64,000 nucleotides of DNA. Source: Saprospiraceae bacterium. GTDB lineage: Bacteria > Bacteroidota > Bacteroidia > Chitinophagales > Saprospiraceae. A program made the position numbers and the translations under genes. Positions 48,650 to 60,616 of the stretch are shown in pieces (within the stretch, counting starts at the first letter, position 1; every line of letters begins with the position of its first letter). The notes beneath the pieces were generated by a model that saw only the letters and a list, made by a program, of their open reading frames with translations, ran no database searches and was not told the DNA's origin. The stretch covers positions 300,029 through 364,028 of the forward strand of contig JADJLN010000001.1 in NCBI GenBank assembly GCA_016710115.1. The letters are read 5' to 3'.

Positions 48650-51600
48650 ATGAAACAGACGACACCACGGTTGACCCGTTCTGACGGGCATTGGATGCAC
48701 ACAGTAGCCGGAAGCGGGCTACAGACAGACAGGCTCAGCTTCTTTTTCATATTATTGACAGTGTTTTTTGTATCGAATTTGTCTCTTACAAAGCTATCTG
48801 CAAGTGTCCCAGATGTCAAAGCCCAATGGATTGATAATCCACCAGGGACACCTGATCCAACGTTAATTTTATTTGTGCCATGCCAGACTCGAACTCTTCG
48901 AGTCAATGTGACTACTCAACCAACTACAGCATATTATTTATGGGTTAATCTCCCATCGGATCTTGAGGTAGTTACATTGCCCAGCTATTCAACGATCATT
49001 GAAGATCCAATATATACTGGCCAATACTGGATCGAAATCTACTTTCCTCCCAATCCTTTGTCAAATAATCCGGATAAAGACATCGTATTTGGATTGAGGA
49101 ACCAAAATCATGTCGCCGTATCGGAGGAATTACTATGCCATTCATTTCTTGAGAGAGAAGCTGACGAATGGCCTGAGGAGTATGAATCCAAGACGATGTA
49201 TGTATCATGGGAAAAAATTACCTACATATCTGGTTCTCCAGTCAGTCTGGAGGATCTCGTTCTTGAAGAAGAAGTTACTGATCCTGACGACTCTCATTTT
49301 ACTCGACAAAACCTGATTGTCGATGGAGAACTACTTGTTGATGTCGATTATGAATTCGGCGGATTACCCGGATTTCCAACCAGATTCTACATGTTAGAGG
49401 AAAGCAAGATTTCCATTTCCAGTTCAACGTTAATATTGACCGGGACTGTATTGAACACCTGCAATAATATTTGGGAAGGAATATCTGTGGAGAGTGGTGG
49501 AATACTTTTGACCGGGCATCAGAATGAAATTGGAAACATTGGCCGGGTGGAGATACATGATGCGATTGCAGGGATTTCTCTGGAAAATGAGAGCACCGCC
49601 GATATTCGAAAGACCGACTTCCTGGACAACCGTGTAGGCATTGTGCCCACCCTCCTCTCTGCACGGATTGCAACTGAAGTCCGTTCAACTGCTGATCAGT
49701 GGCTGTTCATTCCTAGAAGATGGTGGATATATCGCTGGTGGAGCCAATCCCTGGGCAGGGATTGAATTGCACGATATGTAGGATTTCATCCTTCCGGCAT
49801 GTAGCTCTTCTCCTGGTACAGGTTGTTCGAATGTCATTGAAGATGCCTGGCATGGGATCATTCTTGACAACACCTCCGCTGTGCTTAGCGGTATCCAGAT
49901 CCGGGATTTGAATGACGACCCTCTCGACCAGACCGAATCAGCTAATACGGGTATTCTGGCCAAAGCGAATTACTTTGGTAGCCTGAAATTGACTGGATAT
50001 GGTAAAACCGGTACTGCATCTCTACGAAATATCGGTGACGGTATTCGCTTGCGAAATGTAAGTGCTCAACTCGAGGACATCCATATGGAGAATATTGGGG
50101 ATGCTGGTCTGGATTGCCAGGGAAGCCTGTTTAAGACTGTAACTTTGGTGGACAGTAAACTGGAATGCAGTCAATATGGAGTAATTTTTATGGGAAATTC
50201 CAACACCGACCTGAATATGCTGTCGAACGATGTAATACAAAGTTCGGGCTCTACATCCGACCCTCAATATGGACTTCTTCTCGCCAATAACAACAAAGGC
50301 ATTTTTTCCAGTATTTCCGTTGAGGATAATCTCATCGACATGCCCAACCCTATTGCCAGTCTGTACAGTCTGAACAACACATACGTCAGGCTGGCCGAAA
50401 ATACCATCTATGGCGGTGACACTGATGACGAATATGGCATCCGGGTTTCAGGTGGTGACGGTCATGTCATTGACTGCAATCTGATCAGCAATAGTTCTGA
50501 TGGAGATGCCGACCAACCGGGAGCGGCCTTGTACCTGCAAATGTTGAACTCCGGCAATGTTCGGTGCAATGAAACCTATGATTACCCAAGAGGATTTGAA
50601 CTCTTCGGGATGAATATGGGTACTCCTTTGGAAGGAAATACATTTACTGATCATCGAATAGGTTTGTTGTATGATCACGAAGCTGAAAATGTAAAACAAT
50701 TCTGGACCGGAAACCGCTGGACCAATGAATATGACACCGAGAATGATGAATATGGGGCGTTGAATACCAGCAATGACAAAGATAAAGTCGCTAATAGTCA
50801 ATTTATTGTTGACGACTCCCCCACGATGACACATGAGCAATACAATACCAGCGTGGAGAGCCAACATCCGTGGTTTGTAGTGAAAGAAGAACCTGTTGAA
50901 GGCACACAGCAATGTGGTACATCTCCTCTCCCCACCTGCACCGGAGGCCCGGGGGCCGATCATTCCCTTCACATACAGTCACCTGACAGTTTGGCCTTAT
51001 GGGTAGCCGTTGATTCGTTTTCATCCAGCATCTATGGGCTGGGAGCCACCTGGCTTTCGCAGCGACAACTCTACCGCATTCTACTTCGGAATCCAGCGTT
51101 TGTTACAACGGGTTCGGTCTGGGAAGATTTCATGGAAAACCATGTATCCTCCAGTGTAGGGATTTACGAGGAAATTCATGAAGGGTGGAACAACTTGTCC
51201 GAACTGTGGCCCACGCAACTGGCCAATCTGGACAGCCTGCGAACGATTCGGGACAGTTTGCAATCCCTGACGTCTGACCGGATTTCCGAAATTCTCAATG
51301 CCACCACGGCGACAACAGCTGATTCGTTACGCGCTCTATGGGTATCTGAGTCCTCTTCGGCAGTCTCACTTGGCAATAGTATTCTGGATTTGGAGGATAT
51401 TCTGGACTCGTTGCGTTTGGACCAGATCGATACGCTACGTGCCATGAATGCCCTTGCTCCCTCTGATACCACCTGGGAGGAAGCCCAGCAAGCCGCTAAC
51501 GGCATTCTCTTTCAAATGGCTATTTCCGGTTTGGGCTCTGTGGACAGTACTCAAACAGCCGAGCTGTTGTCCATTGCAGAAGAGTGCCCCATGGTGATCG

Positions 51601-51962
51601 GGGAAAGTGTCTTCCAGGCCCGATCTATCCTGCAAATGCTGACCGATACCCTGGTGTGGGATGATGCTGACCGTTGCAGCATGGCTATATCCCGGAGTGG
51701 AGATGGAAGACCCGTGCACACTTATTTACAGGTCTCCCCTAATCCTGCAAAAACATTCATTCGGATAGAGTTGCCAGGAAAGGAAGATACGCTTTGGCAC
51801 CTCAGTCTTATGAACATCAATGGTGCGAATGCAGCATCCTGGTCGCTGATGTCAGGTACACATCAATTGATACTTCCCTACCTACCTGAAGGGCTCTATA
51901 CCCTGACGGGCCGGAATACCAAGGGAGAAATTCACACTGCCAGATTGGTGATCAACCGCTAA
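48650..51962 (+). pseudogene. Large secreted right-handed beta-helix repeat protein with a T9SS C-terminal sorting domain. It is disrupted by a frame change (~49690) and an in-frame TAG (49779..49781), unless these are sequence errors.
   Basis: Repetitive NxxGxG / NIGDAGLDCQGS-type segments characteristic of parallel beta-helix proteins. The C-terminus ...LQVSPNPAKTFIRIEL...GLYTLTGRNTKGEIHTARLVINR is a T9SS CTD. Frame 0 reads SGCSFLEDGGYIAGGANPWAGIELHDM-TAG-DFILPACSS...AVLSGIQIRDLNDDPLDQ continuously into ORF 49881..51962. Confidence 0.6.
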
Positions 51963-51982
51963 ACGGTTAATTCTGTACCGTA

Positions 51983-52016
51983 TCGGGAGAAGGTGACCAC
52001 CTTCTCCCGATTTTCT
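51983..52016 (+). terminator. Intrinsic terminator after the beta-helix/T9SS gene.
   Basis: TCGGGAGAAGGTG-ac-CACCTTCTCCCGA hairpin followed by TTTTC. Confidence 0.75.
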
Positions 52017-52029
52017 AACTCTATTAGTT

Positions 52030-53510
52030 ATGAAATTATCCCTTTGCTTCTTGTTGTTGCCAATGTTCGCCATTGCACAACACAAATACGATAATATCTG
52101 GTTGTTTGGTCCCTGGAAAGGTTATGGTACCATCTTGAATTTTTCGAGTGACAACAAGATTATTGAGAATGTTGATTTTGCTTTCGATATGAACACAGGG
52201 TCATCCATGATTGCCAATGAATTCGGTGAATTGCAGTATTATTCCAATGGTTGTCATATTGCAGATGGGAGTCATGAAATAGTGCAAGGTGCCAACTGGC
52301 TCAATCCAGGGTGGTATTATGACAACTATTGTTTTGATGGATTTGGTTATCCGTATGGTGATCAATCAATGGTGTTATTACCTTTTAAAGAGAGCAGGTA
52401 TTCATTAATTTGCAAAACACAGGAATCATTCTACTGAATCAGGAAATTAGGAACGATATATTATACCGTTCAGATATACAACAAAATAGCGTCCAGTTTA
52501 TTAATAAAGAAATAGCCAGGGATACATTTGCATTTGCCTGCATTGCAGCTATCCCACATGTCAACCAAACAGATTATTGGATTGTTACACCACATGATTC
52601 TTCAGATATTTATTTTAGTATTCACCTGGGTCCGGATTCTCTTCATCAAATCCTGAAACAATATATCCCAGGTCTTTTTCGGCGCAATCATAATGACTGG
52701 TTTGGTAAATTCTCGCCGGATGGCACACTCTACATCGGATATGAAGGAACCTATCTTGAGCAATCAATTAAAGTCTTTTCATTCGATCGATCTACAGGTT
52801 TGTTAAGTCTACTTTATACATTGCCACATCCTGAAGAAGAAACCTCTTTTGTCGGCGGAATGGAGTTTTCCCCATCAGGTCAATATTTGTATATTAGTAC
52901 ATGGGACACGATCTACCAATACGATTTAAAATCTCAGGATGTACTTTTTAGTAAGACTATAGTCGCTATTTGGGACGGATTTACAGGCAGTTTTCCTTGT
53001 ACATTCAATGCCATGCAACGAGGGCCGGATTGCCGCATCTATATCAACTCGCCCAATAGCCAGAAATACCTCCACGTCATTATGCATCCGGATGTCAAGG
53101 GGCCGGATTGTGAGGTGCGGCAACATGAGATCCCACTATATTATTATCACCAGATCTCCATGCCCTATTTTCCCAACTATCGACTCGGTACCGGAGAGCC
53201 GGTGTGTGATAGCACCTTGTTCCTGCCTACATCCATTCCTGTGGTCTCATTGCCTGAGGAAGGGTTGCGAATCTGGCCCAATCCGGCTTCGGGAGACTGT
53301 CGGGTGATGGTGGCACCGGAAGTGCTACGCCAGGCAGTCACCCTCAAAGTGGTGGATCTATGGGGCCGGACTGTTCTGACACGAGATCTTTCTACGAACT
53401 ACGAAGAGGTGATCCCGATTGATGTGAGCCCTCTGAAGCCGGTCGTTTACTTTGTTCGGGTGATCGGCCGCAATGGTGCGCGTTGGGTGGAGCGGCTGGT
53501 GGTAGACTAG
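52030..53510 (+). CDS. T9SS-cargo protein (~490 aa) with a beta-propeller-like body and a C-terminal sorting domain. There is an apparent frame change at ~52410-52440.
   Basis: Signal MKLSLCFLLLPMFAIAQ. The C-terminus LRIWPNPASGDCRVMV...PVVYFVRVIGRNGARWVERLVVD is a T9SS CTD. The two ORF-track pieces (52030..52437 and 52410..53510) overlap in different frames. Confidence 0.6.
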
Positions 53511-53995
53511 GGTGGTGTAACTGGAGAACTGTAGAACTGTCGAATCGGAGAACCCTGGCCGCCAGTTTACCTGCTGTGGCAGGTGGTGGCTGTCGAACTG
53601 GATAACCCTGGCCGCCATGGCGGCAGTTGAATTGTAGAACTGGAGAACTGGAACGAACAACGCCTGTCCGCCGAGGCGGAATCAACATTTCTTCGGCTTC
53701 TTTGTCAGCTGGGAGGCTTGGGTCGTGTGGAGTAGAATGTAGAACGTAGAAAGTAGAAGGTCGAATTGTAAAACTGGAGAATCGTAGAGTCGGAAGTATA
53801 AGGATTCGGAGTTACATGTTTTTCATAGCAGTCCCCAGACGTTAGCCCTCAGTTTGCTGTCTTCTCCTCAAGTTGGAAGCTGGGCCTTGAATAGTGCTGT
53901 CCTTCGAAATAACTCAATATCTCAATCACGAAAAAACGCAATCACGAAAAAACGCAATCACGAAATAACGCAATCACGAAATAACGCCGCTACTT
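53510..53995. repeat. Composite repeat block on the right flank of the T9SS-cargo island. It contains GTAGAACTGGAGAAC words, one copy of the ~60 bp [AGCTGGGCC..GTGCTGTCCTTCGAAATAACTCAAT] unit, and a 16-mer (ACGCAATCACGAAAWA) tandem x3.5 at ~53925..53990.
   Basis: Read directly from the sequence. It shares word content and order with 47880..48400. Confidence 0.75.
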
Positions 53996-53998
53996 CTT

Positions 53999-55213
53999 TC
54001 ACTCCTCCTGAATAATTGCATCCACCCGTGCAGCCCGACGGGCAGGAAGCCAGGCAGCGAGACTGCCAATGGTCAGGACCGTGAAGAACACAATGATAAA
54101 GTCGGACCAGCGAATTTCCATCGGATAAGCATCGATAATAAAACCCGGAGGCACCGGTATCAATCCGTACTGGTGCTGCAAGACATAGAATCCCAACGAA
54201 GCCAGCGCACCAAAAACAAAGGCGACACTGCAGAGCAGGATGCCATTCAGCATAAAAATCCGCTGGATCTGCCGACTGGTGGCGCCCATAGTTTTCAGGA
54301 TAGCGATATCCGGTTTTTTCTCGGTCACCATCATCCAGAGGGTGCCGGCGATATTGAAAGCAACCAGAAGAAGGATCAGACACATGATGGCGAAGGCAAC
54401 CCATTTTTCGAGATTCATGATGCGAAGAAAGGTCTCCTCCTGGCCCATTCGGTCTCGCACAGTAAATGACGGACCGGCCAGTTCACTCATCCGTTCAACG
54501 ATGTCGCTACTTGTAAATCCCGGTTTGAGAGCCACTTCCACAGCACTCAGACCCTGCGGATGCCCGTGATAGATTGCGCGAATTCCAAGATCGGTAATTA
54601 CGTACTGCAGATCCACTTCAGGTTGAATAGAAAATATTCCAGTGGCAGGTGAAAACGACGAATAAAGGGTTGATCAGGGCCCGACCCGTTTTCGATTGGG
54701 CATATAAACGACCAGAGATTCCAGTATATCACGGGTGTTGATTCCCAATTTGGAGGCCATGCCTGCACCGATCATGGCGTGGCTTGTCGCCTCGTCCTGC
54801 AGCTGCCATGTGCCTTCCAGGATGAAGGAGTCCACATGACTGACACGGGTGTACATCTGATCTACACCTTTCAGGACGCCAATATCCTGAACATCCCCAT
54901 AGGCGAATAGGGCATTTTCTTCGAGAACCAGACTGACCGCTGCGACATCCGGATCCTGACGGATGCCAGCCAGCCACACACTGTCCGGGATAAAGGTCTT
55001 TCCCTGGACAGGGGTGATATGGATGTCGGGATTAAACTGGTTGGACAAACCATATACCAGCGATTCAAACCCGTTGAAAACGGCCATCACCAGAACCAGG
55101 GCGGCCGCACCGATACCCATGCCCAGAATGGACAGGCCAGCCAGCAGATGGATGACATTGGTCGATTTTCGGGAAATCAGATACCGGCTGGCTAGAAAAA
55201 GTGGTAACCTCAT
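53999..55213 (-). CDS. FtsX-like ABC transporter permease of the LolC/LolE (lipoprotein-releasing) family. There is an apparent frame change at ~54617-54673.
   Basis: The N-terminus MRLPLFLASRYLISRKSTNVIHLLAGLSILGMGIGAAALVLVMAVFNGFE is a typical LolC/E start. The C-terminal fragment 53999..54616 ends ...AAWLPARRAARVDAIIQEE, which is the conserved tail. Confidence 0.75.
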
Positions 55214-58172
55214 GACGGTATGTAAGGTAAGAATGACCGGTAGATAATCGATTGGATCTCCTGTCGGTACTGGCCCTCCTGTAACCGATTGGGTGTCATG
55301 CTCGGCCAGGTGCGGTTGGAGAGGAAAATATAAATGAGGTCATATTCCGGATCGATCCAGAAGCAGGTGCCCGTAAAACCGATATGGCCGAATGCCCGGT
55401 CGGACACCCGGTCGGAGACATGCCCGTTATGACCGGCTTTATCCTTCATATCAAAGCCAAGGCCTCGACGAGAACAGTCCGGACATCGTGTGGTGAACAT
55501 CCGGATCGTTTCCGGATCGAGGAAACGAATTCCGCCATATACTCCTTCATTCAACAGCATCTGGCAGAGAATACCGAGGTCGCGTGTGGTTCCGAATAAT
55601 CCGGCATGACCGCCAACACCTCCCAGCATGGCGGCAGCCATATCATGCACATAGCCCTGGACAGGCTGCATCCGAAAATAGTCATCCAATTCGGTAGGTG
55701 CCATCTGCTCGCGCGGATGCCATTGTAGCGGATGGAATGACAGGGTTGTCAGACCAAGAGGCTGGTAGAACTCCTGACTGACAAACATGTCCAGCGCCTG
55801 GTCTGTCACTGCTTCGACCATCCGCTGGAGCAACAGAAAGCCAAGGTCACTGTACACATATTTACCCGGGGCATTCGGCTTGATTCGCATGATCGATTGC
55901 CAGATGTCGTCTCTGTATTCATCTTTCAGATAAAGATGTTCTGCAACCGGAACGGTATATCCGGGTAATGCCGAAGCGCGATACAGTTTTTTGGAAGGCC
56001 TGTTTCGACGTACGGTTTTTTCATAAAAGGGGATCCAGGCAGGCATACCACTGGTATGGGAGAGCAGGTCTCGGATCAATACTTTCGACACAGGTTTATC
56101 CCGGCATTCAGACAGATAGAGCCCAAGTGGTTTGTCGAGCTGGATGGTGCCCCTGTCGACCAGTTTCATGACTGCCATTGTCGTTGCCGCAGCCTTGGTG
56201 ACAGAAGCGAGATCATAAATGGTATTGAAGTCGACTTTCTGGCCAGTTGTATCATAGGTTTGATAACCGAACACCCGATCGATGACAACTTTTCTGTCCT
56301 TGATCACCATGATCTGGCCACCGGGAGCTGCTTTTTCACTGATCATCCGATGGATGACATGGTCCAGAAGTGCCAATGTATCCGGTGACATGCCCACCAG
56401 CTCGGGACTGGAAAAACCAAGGCGGAGCAGATTATCACCATAGGAGCCCTGCCCCGCACGTATCCGCGGACTGGACGTAACGGGGAGGTGGCCCTGGAAG
56501 ATATGATGCCCCATAAGACCTTCGGCCGTGATCGTCTGTGTAATCGCATCTCCCTGGTAGGCCTGTACGATCCAGGGGAGTTCGTCAAAGTTTCGCAGGC
56601 CATAAGGATTGCCGAAGTGAACCAGAATGACCCGGGTTTCTTCGGCCAGTCGGTGGAGAAAATCGATAGTAGTAGAAGTAATGCCAAAGTTGTTTTTCGG
56701 ATAGGCTGACAGACCAAAGAGCCCCACGATAACCGCATCCGTTCCCCTGAGCTGATCGACCCACATTTCGATGGCCTCTTCACTGAATTCCTTCGGTGCC
56801 GCATATCGTTCCAGGCTGGTGTATCGGGACAGGGTTTGCTGAAACGGATTGTTGAGTGTGTCACCAATATTCAGTGCAGCAAGATGCAGGGAAGGCAGTT
56901 CCTTAAGCGGAAGCAGGTATTGCTTGTTTCGCACCAGGGTGAGCGAATGTTCGATAAGGCGAGACTGGATGGCTCTGGCCGCCGGGGTGTATAGGTCATC
57001 CTCCAGATTCTGCAGTCGGACAGGTTTCAGGTCAGCCAGGCCCAGTCGGTATTTGGCACGCAGGATGCGTTTGACATGTTGTTCGAGTTGGGGCAAGGTG
57101 AATTCTCCCTCCTGCAGTGCCCGTTGGATCCGGTCGACTGCACAGGGCAGATCAGCCGGAAGCAGAATGATATCATTTCCCGCTGCCAGTGCATGCCATT
57201 CGGCTTCGCCATTGGATGCAAACTGGGTAACCCCTTTCATTTCCATCCCGTCGGTAAATACAATCCCGTCAAAACCGAGCTCCTCACGCAGGAGGATTGA
57301 ACCGTTAATGCCGAAAGTGTCGTAGGTAATTTGAACGCAGTATCCAGAGCCGGGATATTGAGGTGTGCCACCATGACACTCTGCAGTCCCTTTGTCACCA
57401 ATTGTCTGAACGGATAGAGTTCGATACTGTCGAGCCGCTGCCGATTGTGCAGGATAACAGGAAGGGCTTCGTGAGAATCGATATCTGTATCTCCGTGTCC
57501 TGGAAAATGTTTGGCACAGGCCATCACCTGTCCATCCTGGAGGCCCTCCATGTAGGCTGCACACTTCTGGGCAACATGTACCCGATCCTCCCCGAATGAA
57601 CGGAAGTTGATCACCGGGTTTTCGGGATTATTATTGATGTCAGCAACCGGGGCAAAATTGACCTGTGTGCCCACTCGTCGCAGCTGGCGGGCAATCTCCC
57701 GGCCCATCTGATAAATGAGGTGATTGTCTTCTATGGCACCTAATGTGATCTGCCTTGGAAAATCCATGACCTCGGGTCCATCCAGGCGCATGCCCAGCCC
57801 CACTCCGCATCCATGGCGATCATCAAGGGCACGTTGGCGATCGCCTGATAGGCATTGGTCAGCTCACGCCTAGTGGCGCGGTGTCCCCTGAAAAAAGCAG
57901 AGTCCGCCAACGCTATAGTCCCGGATCTGATTGGCCACAAATTCTTCATAGTCAGGTCCTTTATCGGAGTGAGCCCGGATCATAAAGAGCTGGCCGATTC
58001 GCTCGCGCACGCTGAGTCGGGCATAAACAGAGTCCACCCAGCTGGATTCCAACATCAATTGTCTTTCGGAATAGGAGTGGACGCTGGTCTGTGCCAGATT
58101 AGCCAACAAGGGCAGGCTGCCCATGAGCAGAAAGATCATGAACACCCGTACCGAAAGGAGGCGGTGGCTCAT
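55210..58172 (-). CDS. Fusion of a glycoside hydrolase family 3 domain (NagZ-like beta-N-acetylhexosaminidase) with a C-terminal class C beta-lactamase-like serine hydrolase domain. There are at least 3 apparent frame changes.
   Basis: GH3 motifs are spread over three minus-strand fragments: RIGQLFMI, PLMIAMDAEWG, KHFPGHGDTDIDSH and GFDGIVFTDGMEMKGV. The beta-lactamase-like domain has the S-x-x-K motif in DLASVTKAAATT, in fragment 55210..57564. Confidence 0.75.
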
Positions 58173-58572
58173 ATGGCCTGGATTTTCCCGGTTGAATGAA
58201 ATGGCGGCATGGGTTGGTTGAACGACTGTTGGGGAGATAACGGAACGATGAGCCGGTTCGTATCGACCTCAGGGCAAGGATACTAAATTCAGTTCTGAAT
58301 CAGGAGAAGTGCGCTATTTCTTTCCACCGAGTTTCTCAAAGACGTCCGGGTCTTTGAAGCGGGCTTTGTCATGCCAAGCAGTACCTTTCAGCGGGTCTCC
58401 TGCATTGAACCAGGCATTGCCGATATACACCATCAGTTCTGCATTGTCGGGCTGTATCTCCAGTGCCTTTGTGAAATGCCGGATAGCCTCTTCATGTTGT
58501 CTGCCGATGCCGTAGACGATGCCCAGAGCCGGTTTGTCTCAAAATCTTCCGGATTGAGTGCGAGTGCTTTGT

Positions 58573-60283
58573 TCAGGTAATCGATTGACGCTGGCAGATC
58601 CTTTTGACTTCTCCCATATAACGCCCGGCATCACGACAGGTGATTTGCAGGTTGTTTCGGGCTTCGGCATATTCCGGATCAAGGCTCAGAGCGCGTTCGT
58701 ACCAGGCAATGGATGTCGGAAATTCCTTCAGGTAATTGTGGGCATTGCCGAGTAACAGGCATGCGTTTTTATATCCGGGATGGATATCCACGGCTTTGGT
58801 GAGATGCACAACAGCTTCGCGGATCATAGCCTCTTTTCTGGCTTCATTCGCAGGCAGGAGGGCCTGGGTGATCAGTTCACCACCGGTTGCATTTTGCAAT
58901 TTGGCGCTATTGGCAGAGGTTTCAACATCTGTTGTGAAGAGGGTGAAGTTATTCTTCCAGACCGGGTTTCGGGCAATGGTCAGTCCGCTCCAGAGCAGGA
59001 TGATTACGGCTGTCAATCCCCAGGTGAGCGTTGCCTTTCCCGGAAACCGGTGGATGAGCAGCCATCCCAGAAAGAGGGTAAAGCCGACAGAAGGCATGAA
59101 CAGGAACCGTTCAGACATATTTGTTCCGACAGGAAAGACAATATTGGAAACAACTGACAGCGTTGCGAGGTAATAAAAAGCCGCAAAAGCGGGCAAGGTC
59201 CGGTTCTTCCAACCTCGGATGATGACGATGATCAGTCCCACATGCAGAAGTACGCTCAACCAGACGAGTGGATCACCGAGGTCGTGGATAGCAATATGAC
59301 GGGGTAATAATCATGTGTCAGAGGGATAGGCCAGACCAGAAGCTTGAGGTAGAGAAGCAGCGTGAACAGCAGCGTTCCCCATCGTTCGGCACCGGAAAAG
59401 AAAACATATTGATTGCCGACCAGCTTGACAAAGGGGTTGTTGAGCATTTCGAGTGGAGGTTCGCCAGTGTTCCACCCGATGACGGATCCGCGAATAAGGA
59501 GAAAGAGAATCGTGGCCAGAGCAAGGGGCCAGAGGGTAGTTATGGTTGAAACGGACCAATCTTTCCGAAAAAACCACAGTGATACCGGGATCACTGCCAG
59601 AAAGGTGATCGCATTTTCCTTGCTGAGCAAACCGAAGAACAGGGATAAACCGGCAAGGAGAAGTAGAGCAGGTCGCTTGTCGTCGATGGCCTTTAATGTC
59701 AGCCACCAGGCGGCAAGACTGCCCATCAGTGTGAGGATTTCATCCCTGCCTTTGATGTTCGCGACGACTTCCGCATGCAAGGGATGCGCAGCAAACAGAC
59801 CCGCTGCCAACAGGGCGATCCAGGACGCAGTGCGGCTTTCCATTTGCCCCGTCAACAACCGATGCAAGGTAAAAAACAGCAAGGCACAGAGGCCGCCATA
59901 CAGGAGGGCATTGATGAGATGGCTCATGAAGGGGCTGCCACCGAACAGGCTCTGTTCAACTGCAAACAGGATCGGCGTCAAGGGTCGATACCGGCCACCA
60001 GCGACCAGATTTGCTTTTCCTTCCTCCTTGAAAAAACCGTAAAACGTATCATATTTCGCCAGACCGGGAATGCCACTGATCCCCTTCTGGGTAAACATGT
60101 TTTCCGTGATGACGATGGCATCATCCAGTGCATAATCGTGAAACAGGGTGTTGAGATAGAGCACACATCCCAGTACCGCGACCAGCCAGGGTGCATATCG
60201 GAAGAGAATGGAAACGGGAGGAAGGGAAGTCGAGGTCGGACCGGATGAGGCGGTCTTCGGTGTTGGTTTTTTCTTCGCAGCCA
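58573..60283 (-). CDS. Multi-pass membrane protein with C-terminal TPR repeats (TMTC/DUF1736-like, possible GT-C-type protein glycosyltransferase). There is an apparent frame change near 59259.
   Basis: Start MAAKKKPTPK. About 9 TM helices, including the region LNTLFHDYALDDAIVITEN. The C-terminal fragment 58573..59259 carries TPR-like repeats (AWYERALSLDPEYAEARNNL). Confidence 0.55.
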
Positions 60284-60339
60284 TGGAAGGGTTTTGGCGA
60301 GGACTAAGGTAGTGGTTCTGGTTTACTTGATTATTCGAG

Positions 60340-60560
60340 GGGTGATGAAATCGGAAATCGGAAATCGGAAAGTGGAAGGGAGGGCTTTGAGACAGGTCGT
60401 TCTTACTGGCTGTATTTGAACTTCTTGAGCAGACAATTGATCGGGTGTATCGAGTAAAATTTCTTTGCGTCCTTGAATTGACTTTGCGGCATAGCGCCTT
60501 TGCGTGAAACTTTGACAGAAGGAACGGAAATCGGAAGTGGGAAATGGGAAGGTGGAAATG
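60340..60560 (-). repeat. Dispersed ~210 bp repeat element, copy 2. It is inverted relative to copy 1 at 13215..13420.
   Basis: 60458..60510 is the exact reverse complement of 13266..13318, and the flanks align with indels. It lies in the 5' region of the TMTC-like gene, in the same orientation as that gene. Confidence 0.75.
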
Positions 60561-60588
60561 GGAAATGAGGCCGGGGGCCGAAAAATCA

Positions 60589-60616
60589 GGAACAAGGAAC
60601 AAGGAACAAGGAACAG
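60589..60616. repeat. Heptamer microsatellite (GGAACAA) x~3.5. GGAAATCGGAA / GGAAATGGGAAG purine-rich word repeats lie nearby at 60340..60700.
   Basis: ggaacaaggaacaaggaacaaggaacag. Confidence 0.75.
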
